Position numbers and translations under genes: made by a program
From: a virus
Direction: 5' to 3' (one strand)
IMG/VR virus record: IMGVR_UViG_3300029305_006221
Span: 64,001 to 128,000 of that record
Length of the DNA: 64,000 nucleotides
Part shown: piece after piece, positions 46,096 to 55,419 of the stretch
How positions within the stretch are numbered: position 1 is the stretch's first letter
How the letters are laid out: each line of letters opens with the position of its first letter
Notes under the pieces: model-generated
Told to the model about the DNA's origin: nothing
Database searches by the model: none
What the model saw: the letters and a program-made list of their open reading frames with translations, nothing else

Positions 46096-47151
46096 ATGTC
46101 AAATTATAATACGCAATTACAAGCAAACAATTCCTCTTTGGAGGAAATTATAACACAGCTTAATGAGTTGCCCGATGTGGGAGGTACCGACCCTATTCTT
46201 CAAGATAAAACAGTAACTCCTTCAACGAGTCAGCAAACGGTAACTGCAGATAGCGGATATGATGGATTAGATACGGTAACTGTTAATGCAATGCCTACGG
46301 CTACACAGGCAACACCGAGTATTACTGTTAATTCAAGTGGACTGATTACTGCAACTGCAACTCAGACTGCTGGTTATGTGGCGGCAGGTACTAAATCTGC
46401 AACTAAACAGTTAGCATTTCAAGCTGCGCAAACCATTATCCCTGGTACAACTAATCAGACAATTGCATCTGGACAGTATTTAACTGGGGTGCAAACTATT
46501 AAAGGCGATGCTAATTTAGTAGCGAGCAATATCGTAAGTGGCAAGAGTATTTTTGGAGTGGTTGGTACTGCTAATAGTGGAGGTGGAAGTAGTGGCGGAG
46601 ATACAAGTGCAGAAGATGGACTAGTAACTAGAACTTTGACGACTTATACAAATGATAGAGTAACAACTATTGGAAATTATGCGTTTTATTCTTGCTCAAG
46701 CCTTACAAGCGTAAGTTTTCCACAATGTACAACTATTGGAGACTATGCGTTTCGATATTGCTCAAGCCTTACAACTGTAAATTTTCCAGCGGTTACAACT
46801 ATTGGTGCTTCTGCCTTTGTAGGTTGTTTAAAACTTGCGGGAGTGAGCTTTCCAGCAGTTACAGCTATTAACCTCGCTGCATTCCAAAACTGTTCAAACC
46901 TTACGACTGTAAGTTTTCCAAAAATTACAAATATTAGTTCTTACGCATTCCTACGTTGTTCAAAACTTGCTTCTATTTATCTTGCTGCATCTACAGTATG
47001 TTTTTTAGAAGGCTCAGACGCTTTTTCACAAACTAGTATCTGGTCAAACAAAGGCTCAATCTTCGTTCCGGCCTCCTTACTTGCTTCTTATAAAGCTGCA
47101 ACTAACTGGGTTTTCTTTTCAAATAGAATTTTTTCATATAACTTCACATAA
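46096..47151 (+). CDS. receptor-binding-protein paralogue C with a C-terminal BspA-type leucine-rich repeat domain, 351 aa with no TAG
   Basis: Intact ORF. Five or more tandem LRR units of the type TIG(N/D)YAF..CS.LT.V.FP. Shared module with 44583..45689. Confidence 0.55.
   Translation: MSNYNTQLQANNSSLEEIITQLNELPDVGGTDPILQDKTVTPSTSQQTVTADSGYDGLDTVTVNAMPTATQATPSITVNSSGLITATATQTAGYVAAGTKSATKQLAFQAAQTIIPGTTNQTIASGQYLTGVQTIKGDANLVASNIVSGKSIFGVVGTANSGGGSSGGDTSAEDGLVTRTLTTYTNDRVTTIGNYAFYSCSSLTSVSFPQCTTIGDYAFRYCSSLTTVNFPAVTTIGASAFVGCLKLAGVSFPAVTAINLAAFQNCSNLTTVSFPKITNISSYAFLRCSKLASIYLAASTVCFLEGSDAFSQTSIWSNKGSIFVPASLLASYKAATNWVFFSNRIFSYNFT
46680..46960 (+). repeat. tandem ~69-nt coding repeats encoding the BspA-like LRR units
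   Basis: Reiterated ...tgctcaagccttacaa(g/c)(c/t)gtaa(g/a)ttttcca.. units. Confidence 0.6.
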
Positions 47152-47183
47152 TATTTAAAAGAGATAAAAGGAGATAAAAGGAA

Positions 47184-48164
47184 ATGAAATTACAAATTTT
47201 AGTACCTCAGTATAAAGAAACGGAAGATATTATTAAACCATTACTTGATAGTATTGAGGTTCAACAAAATGTAAACCTAAAAGAAGATGTTGGTGTCATT
47301 ATAGTAAATGATGGCACTGATGTCCATCTATCAGAAGACTTCTTTAAGAGATATTCTTTCCCAATTGAGTATCATCTCAATGAACATAAAGGTGTTTCTG
47401 CAACTCGTAATGCTTGTCTTGATAAAGCAACTGCAGATTATGTAATGTTCTGTGATGCAGATGATATGTTCTACAATGCTTGCGGCTTATACATCATCTT
47501 CCGTGAAATAGAGAATGGTGGCTTTGATAGTTTAGTATCTGCATTCATTGAAGAGTCTCATATTCCAGATACTAAAGAACCGCTTTATATCAATCACGAT
47601 ATGGATTCTACTTTTGTGCATGGAAAAGTGCATCGTAGACAATACCTTATTGATAATAATATTCGTTGGAATGATAAGTTGACGATTCACGAGGATAGTT
47701 ATTTTAATTGTCTATGTCAGAGACTTGCAAAAGAGTTGAAGTATTCTCAGACTTCATTCTATTTGTGGCGTTGGCGCGATGCTTCGGTTTGCCGCCATGA
47801 TCCAAAGTATATTTTAAAAACCTATAACAATATGCTTGATAGTAATGATGCTCTTGTAACTCAATTCTTAAATCGCAAGAGAAAAGAGGATGCTCAATTC
47901 TATGTAGTAGGCATGATTTATGATGCATATTTCACAATGAATAAAGACGAGTGGCTAAATCAAGAGAATAAAAATTATCGTTATGCAACGGAGAGACGCT
48001 TTAAGGAGTATTGGCTAAAGTATAAAAAGTTGCATGATGAAATTCCTCAAGATATAAAAGCTCAGATTATTATGGGAATTAAGAATCGGATGTATGCTGA
48101 AGGTATGGTACTTGAAACGCTTACTTTTAACGAGTGGATTAAGCAAGTTGAAGCAATGGTGTAA
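47184..48164 (+). CDS. family-2 (GT-A fold) glycosyltransferase, 326 aa with no TAG
   Basis: Motifs VGVIIVNDGTD, CDADD (DxD) and ATRNACL. AAAGGAG RBS. Confidence 0.7.
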   Translation: MKLQILVPQYKETEDIIKPLLDSIEVQQNVNLKEDVGVIIVNDGTDVHLSEDFFKRYSFPIEYHLNEHKGVSATRNACLDKATADYVMFCDADDMFYNACGLYIIFREIENGGFDSLVSAFIEESHIPDTKEPLYINHDMDSTFVHGKVHRRQYLIDNNIRWNDKLTIHEDSYFNCLCQRLAKELKYSQTSFYLWRWRDASVCRHDPKYILKTYNNMLDSNDALVTQFLNRKRKEDAQFYVVGMIYDAYFTMNKDEWLNQENKNYRYATERRFKEYWLKYKKLHDEIPQDIKAQIIMGIKNRMYAEGMVLETLTFNEWIKQVEAMV

Positions 48165-48205
48165 AAACAAGATTTAACAGAACCCCAATTTTTTACAATG
48201 GAGGG

Positions 48206-48520
48206 ATGATAATGACTACAACTATTATATTATTGATAATAACGTCCATTTTTAACATAATTGATTATTGCCAAACAGCATACGCCATAGGACTTTTTGG
48301 ACTTGGCGTTGAGCTCAATCCAATAGGGCGCCTTATGTTTGCAGCCGATTGTGGATGGCTAAAATTAATTATTATGCCAATTTTATTGTTAGCTCTTGGC
48401 CTTATTATTAAAGCTGATAAGAGGCTGTCTTGGGAGGCTTGGCTTGTGACAATATTGTATCTTATAGTTATTATAAATAATTTTTATATGTTAATACGAG
48501 CGGGAGTATTTTTCTTCTAA
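48206..48520 (+). CDS. small polytopic membrane protein, 104 aa with 3-4 predicted TM helices. GtrA/flippase-like or holin-like
   Basis: Hydrophobic segments IILLIITSIFNII, IIMPILLLALGLII and LVTILYLIVIINNFYML. Immediately downstream of the GT2 gene. Confidence 0.45.
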   Translation: MIMTTTIILLIITSIFNIIDYCQTAYAIGLFGLGVELNPIGRLMFAADCGWLKLIIMPILLLALGLIIKADKRLSWEAWLVTILYLIVIINNFYMLIRAGVFFF

Positions 48521-48550
48521 AATAAAAATTCTATATTGGAGGATTAGATT

Positions 48551-48670
48551 ATGATGTGTTTTACCTGTCCTATATGTATCGCTTGTGCGATTATTACAGC
48601 AGTTTCTACTATGACTATGGGCGCCTTATGTGCGTGCTATAAGCATTTGAAGAAGAAAAACAAAGTATAA
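48551..48670 (+). CDS. small Cys-rich single-pass membrane peptide, 39 aa
   Basis: GGAGGA RBS. Reads MMCFTCPICIACAIITAVSTMTMGALCACYKHLKKKNKV. Followed by a terminator. Confidence 0.35.
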   Translation: MMCFTCPICIACAIITAVSTMTMGALCACYKHLKKKNKV

Positions 48671-48687
48671 TCAAGCTATGTTTCAGA

Positions 48688-48722
48688 TAGCAGGCCTTAG
48701 CCGCCTGCTATCTATTTTATTT
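48688..48722 (+). terminator. rho-independent terminator
   Basis: TAGCAGGC-cttagcc-GCCTGCTA then TCTATTTTATTTAATTT. Confidence 0.6.
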
Positions 48723-48787
48723 AATTTATTTATAACATTTTTTATATATAAATAGAAAACATTTATGCAAAGGAGGATTTGACAACA

Positions 48788-49282
48788 ATGGTCGAATTAT
48801 TAACAACCTATGGTGTGACTGGCATCATTGTTATTTTACTTATAGCTATTCCATCCATAGTTAATTTTATCTCTTGGTGTAAAAAGCTTTGGAAACAAAG
48901 ATAGGCTTTTGCACAAGAGAATGAACAAAGGGGATATCAGGAAGGTGTTGAAGCTGAAGAAGAGCAATTTGAAAAAAGTAAACTTGAAGAAAGAGTTAAA
49001 AAAATGGAATCTGATATCGTTGATTTAAAGGTAATTGTTTCTCAATAGAAAGAATTAATTGAGCAATTGACAGAGTCAGATATGCTTAATACTAAAGCTT
49101 GGATAAAAGAGCAACATGAAAAGTGGATTGCGCTTCAATGCATTGACAGCTAGAGTTTAGACCTGATTTTACAGCGCTATAAAATATATAATAAAGAAGG
49201 CGGCAATGGATGGGCGAAAAAAATGGTAGAAGAGATTAGTGCACTTCCTACTATTACTGTAATCCCAGTTCATAAAGACTGA
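48788..49282 (+). CDS. protein with an N-terminal TM helix followed by a coiled coil, 164 aa with 3 TAG. Holin-like or a lysis regulator
   Basis: AAAGGAGGA RBS, then ATG 48788. TM segment GVTGIIVILLIAIPSIVNFISW. Ends at TGA 49280-49282. Confidence 0.4.
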
Positions 49283-49319
49283 TATAAAGAATTTATAAAG
49301 AGATAAAAGGAGTGATTAT

Positions 49320-51005
49320 ATGATAGATACAAAAATTTTGTATCCTCCAATAATAGATGAAACATATTCTTGCACTAGCAGTATCGTTCCTATTGAATTT
49401 TTGCATACTGTTAATGTCGACACAGGTCGAATAATAGTAAAATTATAGACGTGGAATAAAGACGAAAACAAATGGGAAACCAATATTGCGTTATAGAACG
49501 TATCTAATAATAGTATAACCTTGCAAGATGGTAAAATAAGAATTTAGGCAATAACTATTGCGAAAAACTAGGATATTTCAGATGTATAGCAATGGCTTGA
49601 AGATTCCAATAACAAGCAATATCATTCAGTATGGAGTGATACTATAGAAAAGATTATTATCGACGGAATATATCTTGCTGGAGAAAATTATATGCCAGCT
49701 GATTCAACTCTTGATATATCTTCTTATTTATCAAATTAGGTGGAAGGATTAACTGATGTGCTCTATCAAGAGATTTCATTATATTCATATGCAGAAGACA
49801 AGTATCTAATTGAACCAGAAACTCGATACTATGAAGCAGAAGTCTGGACACATGTTTTAGATACTACTCCAATTGATAAAATGGAATATCTCTTTAAGAT
49901 AATGAGAAAATATGTGGCAAAATCAGGCTTTACTTTATCAAATACAACAACATGGTCGGAATATCCCGGAGAATGGTCACCAGAGAGTGAAGTAGCAAAA
50001 AAAGCAGAACAAGAATTAGATACTCTTAGCTTTATTAGTAAAATACAAAAATTTTATAGCTCTCCCTATGGGTCTGGTCAATACGGCGATATTTCTGGGA
50101 TAATAAGCTTTATATCTAATAATATTAAATTTTCATCTATGAGATTTACATGGAATGAAGGTGGATCAGATTTAATCAAAGAGCTATATTATGATAATAC
50201 AATGGTTTATTATTATCATAATGCGTTTGGGACAACTGGAGAAATTGAGGAATATTGGATTGATGATACTTTTAAATCTATTGAAATTATTATCCCTTCA
50301 GATAATGAAGAGTTAACTCAATGGATTAAAGAAAATACTTATACGAATAAATTTTCTTTAGTAAGAAAAAATATACTTACAAATAAAATTGAGAGAGTTG
50401 CAAAAAACGTTAATGACTATATAGATAAAACACTTGAAATAGGTGTTCCTTATGAGTATTACTATAAAGAAAATGGCATTACTACTAAAGAATTAATATG
50501 TATTGATTATGATCATATGGTTCTTTGTACTAAAGATAAATCATTGCGTATTTAGTATGATCCAAAAGTATCTGGGTTAAAGAGAAATAGTATAGATAAG
50601 TTAACTCCAACTTTAGGCGCACGTTATCCCAAGGTAATGAGAAATGGTATTTAGGATTATAGAAGTTTTACTATAAATGGTTTAATAACACTTGGATTTA
50701 ATGATGAAGGAAATGAAGACTTTATTTCTACTGGGTTGAAAGAGCAATATTAGGCGGCTAACCTTGACCCTAAGGCGCTTGATTTTGCACTTGAAAAGAA
50801 TTTTAGAGACAATGTATTAGAATTCTTATATTCTCCTGATGTAAAACTTTTCAAATCTGCCCCAGAAGGAAATATTTTTGTTTATTTAACAAATATTTCT
50901 TTAACACCAAAAGAAGAGTTAGGTAGAATGATTTATTCATTTTCAGCTTTAGCTACTGAAGTAGCAGAAGCAAACGGTGTATCTTATCAAAAATACTTCT
51001 CTTAA
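49320..51005 (+). CDS. hypothetical structural protein (baseplate or tail type), 561 aa with about 9 TAG
   Basis: AAAAGGAG RBS, then ATG 49320. Frame 0 joins ORF-track ORF 49740..50555. Ends at TAA 51003-51005. Confidence 0.5.
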
Positions 51006-51019
51006 TAAAGGAGGGTATT

Positions 51020-52888
51020 ATGAGATATTATTATAATAAAGATATTTTAAACTATATAGACTCTTTATTAATTAAAGAATAGTATGTAAGACTTACTATT
51101 TTAAATGATAAAGATATTCCTTTAAAAAGTATCTCTGGATTGGCGACAGGAGGAAGTATCAATGTTAATGCAAAATCAGTGGTTAGACGAACTGGTTCCG
51201 TTTCACTTATTTCTATTGCTAATGATCCAGATGATGCAATTGCGCACGTGACCGATATTGAGAATCTTATATCAATTAATAAAAGGGTGAAGATAGAGAT
51301 TGGTTTGCGCAATACAGATAATCAATATTTAGATTATGATTACTTTTGGTTTAATCAAGGTGTTTTTGTAATTAAAAGCGCATCGGTATCAAACAACGCT
51401 TAGAATATTTCTATTTCAGTTTCTATAAGTGATAAAATGTCGTTGCTTAATGGAGATTGCGGCGGACGCTTCACAAGTGCACTCATACACTCGCCTATTG
51501 CTGTTGAAAACGGTGATGAAGAGCCTGTTTTATTTACTACTTTAATTCATGAATTGGTAAGTGAAATGGGTGGTATACCAGAAGATAAAATAATGATAGA
51601 AGATATTGAAGATGAATTTAAAGCTGTTGTAAGATGGACTGGTTTAGGAAATATTTTTATGATTCCTATCGAAAATGATAGATATAAATTAACTTCTATT
51701 CCTCAAGAAGGAGCTTTACTGTTTAAAAACCAAGAGAATTTAGGATATAAAAAAGAAAAGTTTACTTATCCTGGAACTCTTGAATCTAAAGCTGGAGAAA
51801 CAGTAACTTCAGTATTAGACAAGATTAAAAACGCTCTAGGTAATTATGAATATTACTTTGATGAAAATGGTATATTTCATTTTAAAGAAATCAAAAACTA
51901 TTTGAATGAAGGTAGTTCTATTGACGATTTAAATGAAGCTATTAATGAAAAGTATTTAAAGAATTTATCTAATGGTAAAGTGGAATATTCTTTTGAAAAC
52001 AATGCTTTAATTACGTCTTACAATAACTCACCTCAATATACAAATATTAAAAATGATATTATTATTTGGGGAAAGGCTGAAGATAAATAGGCGCCAGTGA
52101 GATATCATTTGATTATAGATACTCCTCCAGAGGAGCGAGACTGGTTTACTATTGATGATGTAGAGATTGACTATCTTGGCAATATCAAAGCAAAAAAAGT
52201 GACTAGATATTCTGCCAATGATAAACCTGAAAATGCAATTAAAGCATCTAACTGGCAATAGCAATATTATTTAAGCATTATTGCAGATAGTATTCAAACC
52301 AATCTTGCTAAAGAGTTTAAAGAAGAGTTCCCTAAGATATTTGATATTGGCTTTAATGGCGCGACGGCAAATGGAAAAACAGGATGGAAATATACTCTTA
52401 GTTCTAGTTCTATAAAATATTTCTTAGATATGCTAGATCCTAAATCTTTAGTTGGAGACAATATGATTAAGGATATGTCTGCTGAAAAGATAGGATAGAG
52501 AAATACAGTTATAAACGATAATGCTGTAAATTGTGTTTTTGAACCTAAGTTTGATGAAGTATTGTTTATTAATGAAGATGATGCTGCTCCAGTTGGTAAA
52601 AAATATATTGTTTTAACAGACGATATTAAGAATTATGTTTCAATAGGAGTAGCTTAGGTTTCTGCTTATGAAACTGTGCGCTCGGCGCTTCATACTTATA
52701 CAAGTTATGCAAATACAGTTTCTTTATAGACAATTCCCGTTTATCACTTAAAACCAAATTCAAGAATTTACATTAAAGACGATAATAGTGATATAGATGG
52801 AGAGTTTATGATAAACTCTATTACCATTCCTCTTGATGCAAGTGGTATGATGAATATTAGTGCTTCTAAAGCAGATGAACGAATATAA
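51020..52888 (+). CDS. hypothetical structural protein, 622 aa with about 8 TAG
   Basis: AAGGAGGG RBS, then ATG 51020. Frame 2 joins ORF-track ORFs 51140 and 51437. Ends at TAA 52886-52888. Confidence 0.5.
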
Positions 52889-52896
52889 AAAATAAA

Positions 52897-52923
52897 AAGA
52901 ACTCAGCGATGAGTTCTTTTTTT
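52897..52923 (+). terminator. rho-independent terminator. First of two ending the structural operon
   Basis: AAGAACTCA-gcga-TGAGTTCTT then TTTTT. Confidence 0.75.
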
Positions 52924-52972
52924 ATTGAAAGAAATAAAATATTAAAATTTTGAATAAAAATAGAAAAAATGA

Positions 52973-53003
52973 AGTTCTCATCATATTGATGAGAACTTTT
53001 TTT
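52973..53003 (+). terminator. rho-independent terminator. Second of the tandem pair
   Basis: AGTTCTCATCA-tatt-TGATGAGAACT then TTTTTT. Confidence 0.75.
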
Positions 53004-53099
53004 ATTACCTGCTAAATTTCAAAATTTATATCAAAATTTAATAAAAGCACTATTTAAATTTTCATATAATCTTGAACAAGAGTGAAAGGAGAATAAAAA

Positions 53100-53564
53100 A
53101 TGAATATGTTCAATAATCTACCTCAGTAGGCGCCAGCGTATTATTATGCGCCACAAACTTATCAAAGACAAGCTTCTTAGGTGGCAGAGATGACTGCTCC
53201 AGTTTAGCCAACCTACACGCAGCCTTTGATGATGCAACCAAATTATATTAAAGGTCGCCCAGTAGTTTCAATCGATGAAGCAAGAGCTAGTTAGATTGAT
53301 TTAGATGGCTCGCTCTATGTTTTTCCAGATCTGGGAAATAAGAAAATTTATACCAAACAGATAAATATGGATGGAACTGCGGCTTTTAATATTTTTGAAT
53401 TAAGCGGCGCCGGAGCCGATTAGAGCGCCTCGACTCCAGTATACGTTACTAAAGATGAGCTTGATGAAATATTAGCCAGATTTAAAGAAAGCTTAGTCTA
53501 GGAAAAGAATACTGAAGCTGGTCCCGCGCCTAAGCCACAAACTGTAAAAACATTTAATCTATAA
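53100..53564 (+). CDS. hypothetical protein with a Q/P/Y-rich low-complexity N-terminus, 154 aa with 6 TAG
   Basis: GGAGAA RBS, then ATG 53100. Frame 0 is open to TAA 53562-53564. Confidence 0.4.
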
Positions 53565-53575
53565 GGAGGTATATA

Positions 53576-53824
53576 ATGGCTTATAATGTAGATCCTGCAT
53601 ACTTATTAATGCAAATGCGTCAGGGTAAAAATCCTGAGCAACTTATGATTGATATTCTTGAAGGAGAAGCTTCACAGAACCCAATCATTGGCAACCTATT
53701 AACTATGGCAAAAGATAATCGTACGGCAGATATAGAAAAATTTGCGCGTAATCTTGCTAAGGAGTAGGGTATTGATTTCGATAAAGAATTCAGTAGATTC
53801 AAAAAGCAGTATTTTGGACTCTGA
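53576..53824 (+). CDS. hypothetical small protein, 82 aa with 1 TAG
   Basis: AAGGAGG RBS, then ATG 53576. Ends at TGA 53822-53824. Confidence 0.4.
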
Positions 53825-53861
53825 TTCTAAATAAATATTTTTTTATAAAGGAGGACATAAT

Positions 53862-53969
53862 ATGTTCAACACTTCAAACGGATATTCATTATCCGACATC
53901 GCTGCTGTAACAGGTGGCAACAGAGGAAACGGAGGATTCGGAGACGGCTTTGGAGAGAATGGATGGTAA
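53862..53969 (+). CDS. Gly-rich small peptide, 35 aa, with a double-glycine-leader-like N-terminus
   Basis: AAAGGAGGA RBS. Reads MFNTSNGYSLSDIAAVTGG then NRGNGGFGDGFGENGW. The LS..(D/E)(I/L)..V.GG pattern resembles class II bacteriocin/microcin leaders. Confidence 0.3.
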   Translation: MFNTSNGYSLSDIAAVTGGNRGNGGFGDGFGENGW

Positions 53970-54150
53970 ACCGATCTGCCATCTTTAAATCGCGGAATTA
54001 AGCTGGAACCCTGAAATGGGAATCAGAACCGAAGGCTATACTAAGTATAGTCAGGGGCAACGCATAGCGGGTGAAAAGATATAATCCCGCCACGAGGCCG
54101 CGACTATTAAAATTTTTTGGAAAAATTAATAGAAAAGATATGCTGACCTA

Positions 54151-54179
54151 TTACAAATAACAAGTAATAGAACTATAAG
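54151..54179 (+). promoter_or_regulatory. candidate promoter TTACAA-17-TATAAG
   Basis: ctaTTACAAataacaagtaatagaacTATAAGata. Sits 22 nt upstream of ATG 54201. Confidence 0.35.
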
Positions 54180-54200
54180 ATAAAAAGCTTATAGGATAAC

Positions 54201-54973
54201 ATGAAGGGATCATTCTTCTTTTCCTATTCACTGGATGGGGAAGAAACGGCTGGGGCAATGGAGGTTCCGAAGGAGGAAGTGGATACGTTCTTAATCCCTA
54301 CTTCTATGGATTTGGCTCTAGTTCGGGCGCTTGTGCAACTAAAGACGACGTTCGCGCGGCTGTTGATCAGCAAACCCTTATTTCTAAACTTGATAACCAA
54401 ACCTACGGTCTCGCTGATAGCACTTATTCATTAAGTAATGCTATCACATCTGGATTCCATGGAGTAGATAATGCAATCTGTACTCTTGGATACCAAAATC
54501 AGGCAGGCTTTACCGCACTTGGTAATCAACTTGCACAATGCTGCTGCGACACTCGTGCCGCTATCGCAGACGTAAAAACTCAGGGTGTAATTAACACTAA
54601 TGCCCTATCTAGCCAGTTAGCGGCTTGCTGCTGTGACATTGAGAAGGCTAATATGGAAAACCGTTTTGCTGCTCAAACCTATAATTGCAACACGCTTCAG
54701 GCTATTGACAAACTTGGTGATAGAATCATTGACTTCATGACGCAAGATAAGATCGCTTCTCTTACTGCGGAGAATCAATCTCTTAAGTTTGCGGCATCTC
54801 AAGCAAATCAGAATGCATTTATCACTGCTAACCAAGAGGCTCAAACAGCAGAACTTATTCGTAGACTTGGCAGAGATTGCCCAATTCCTGCGTATGTAGT
54901 TCCAAATCCTAATTGCTGCTATACCCCTCAGGTTCAGATCGCATCTTCTAACTGCGGCTGCGGTTGCTTCTAA
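54201..54973 (+). CDS. Cys-rich, Gly-rich secreted-like protein (CCCD repeats, C-terminal NCGCGCF), about 258 aa. The start codon and the body are in different frames
   Basis: ATG 54201 with an AGGAT RBS is in frame 0. The clearly coding frame is frame 2, stop-free from 54200 to TAA 54971-54973, and includes ORF-track ORF 54653..54973. That frame has no ATG, GTG or TTG before 54653. The two frames meet around the T4 run at 54218-54221. Confidence 0.4.
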
Positions 54974-54998
54974 TCTAAGAATGGAGGCTTGAAAAAGA

Positions 54999-55418
54999 AT
55001 GGAATTAATTGCTAATGCTTTACAAACAGTTGGTGCTGGCGAAAATGTTCAGTTTACAGATGAAGTTGTTAGTGGATGTAACTCGATTCTCCATCGAGCA
55101 GGAAGTGGCTTAATTACCTTGCGCGGCATTACCAATCAGTGTCGCGCAAGATTCAAGGTTTTCTTTAGCGGAAATATTGCTATTCCTGCAGATGGAACCG
55201 TAGAAGCCATTTCAATTGCCATCTCGGTAAATGGAGAGGCTATTGCTTCAACAACTATGATTCAAACTCCTGCTGCGGTAGAGGAATTTGCAAATGTGGC
55301 TAGCGCAGCTTATATTGATGTTCCAGCAGGTTGCTGCATTTCTGTTGCAGCAAGAAACACAAGTACACAAGATATCGATGTACAAAACGCAAATTTAATC
55401 ATAGAAAGGGTGGCATAA
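54999..55418 (+). CDS. BclA C-terminal-domain-like (C1q/TNF-fold) protein, 139 aa
   Basis: Intact ORF. Ends in NANLIIERVA (compare BclA ending ...SIIIEKVA). Internal ISIAISVNGEAIA resembles BclA LTIQVNGVPV. Confidence 0.5.
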   Translation: MELIANALQTVGAGENVQFTDEVVSGCNSILHRAGSGLITLRGITNQCRARFKVFFSGNIAIPADGTVEAISIAISVNGEAIASTTMIQTPAAVEEFANVASAAYIDVPAGCCISVAARNTSTQDIDVQNANLIIERVA

Positions 55419-55419
55419 T

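Noticed and set aside
46680-46960. Tandem ~69-nt repeats considered as a possible CRISPR array or VNTR
   Set aside because: The repeats are in-frame inside an intact ORF and encode BspA-type leucine-rich repeat units. There are no unique spacers, and the repeat units are imperfect, as expected for coding LRRs.
54020-54060. Glycine-riboswitch-like ACCGAAGG element
   Set aside because: Only the octamer matches. The GGAGAG P1 and the GCAA following CGAAGG are absent, and there is no tandem aptamer architecture.
54201-54434. Frame-0 77-aa ORF 54201..54434 as an independent gene
   Set aside because: It is probably only the initiation segment of the Cys-rich protein, whose body is in the -1 frame. 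The frame-0 continuation has implausible composition, and the frame-2 region is strongly coding.
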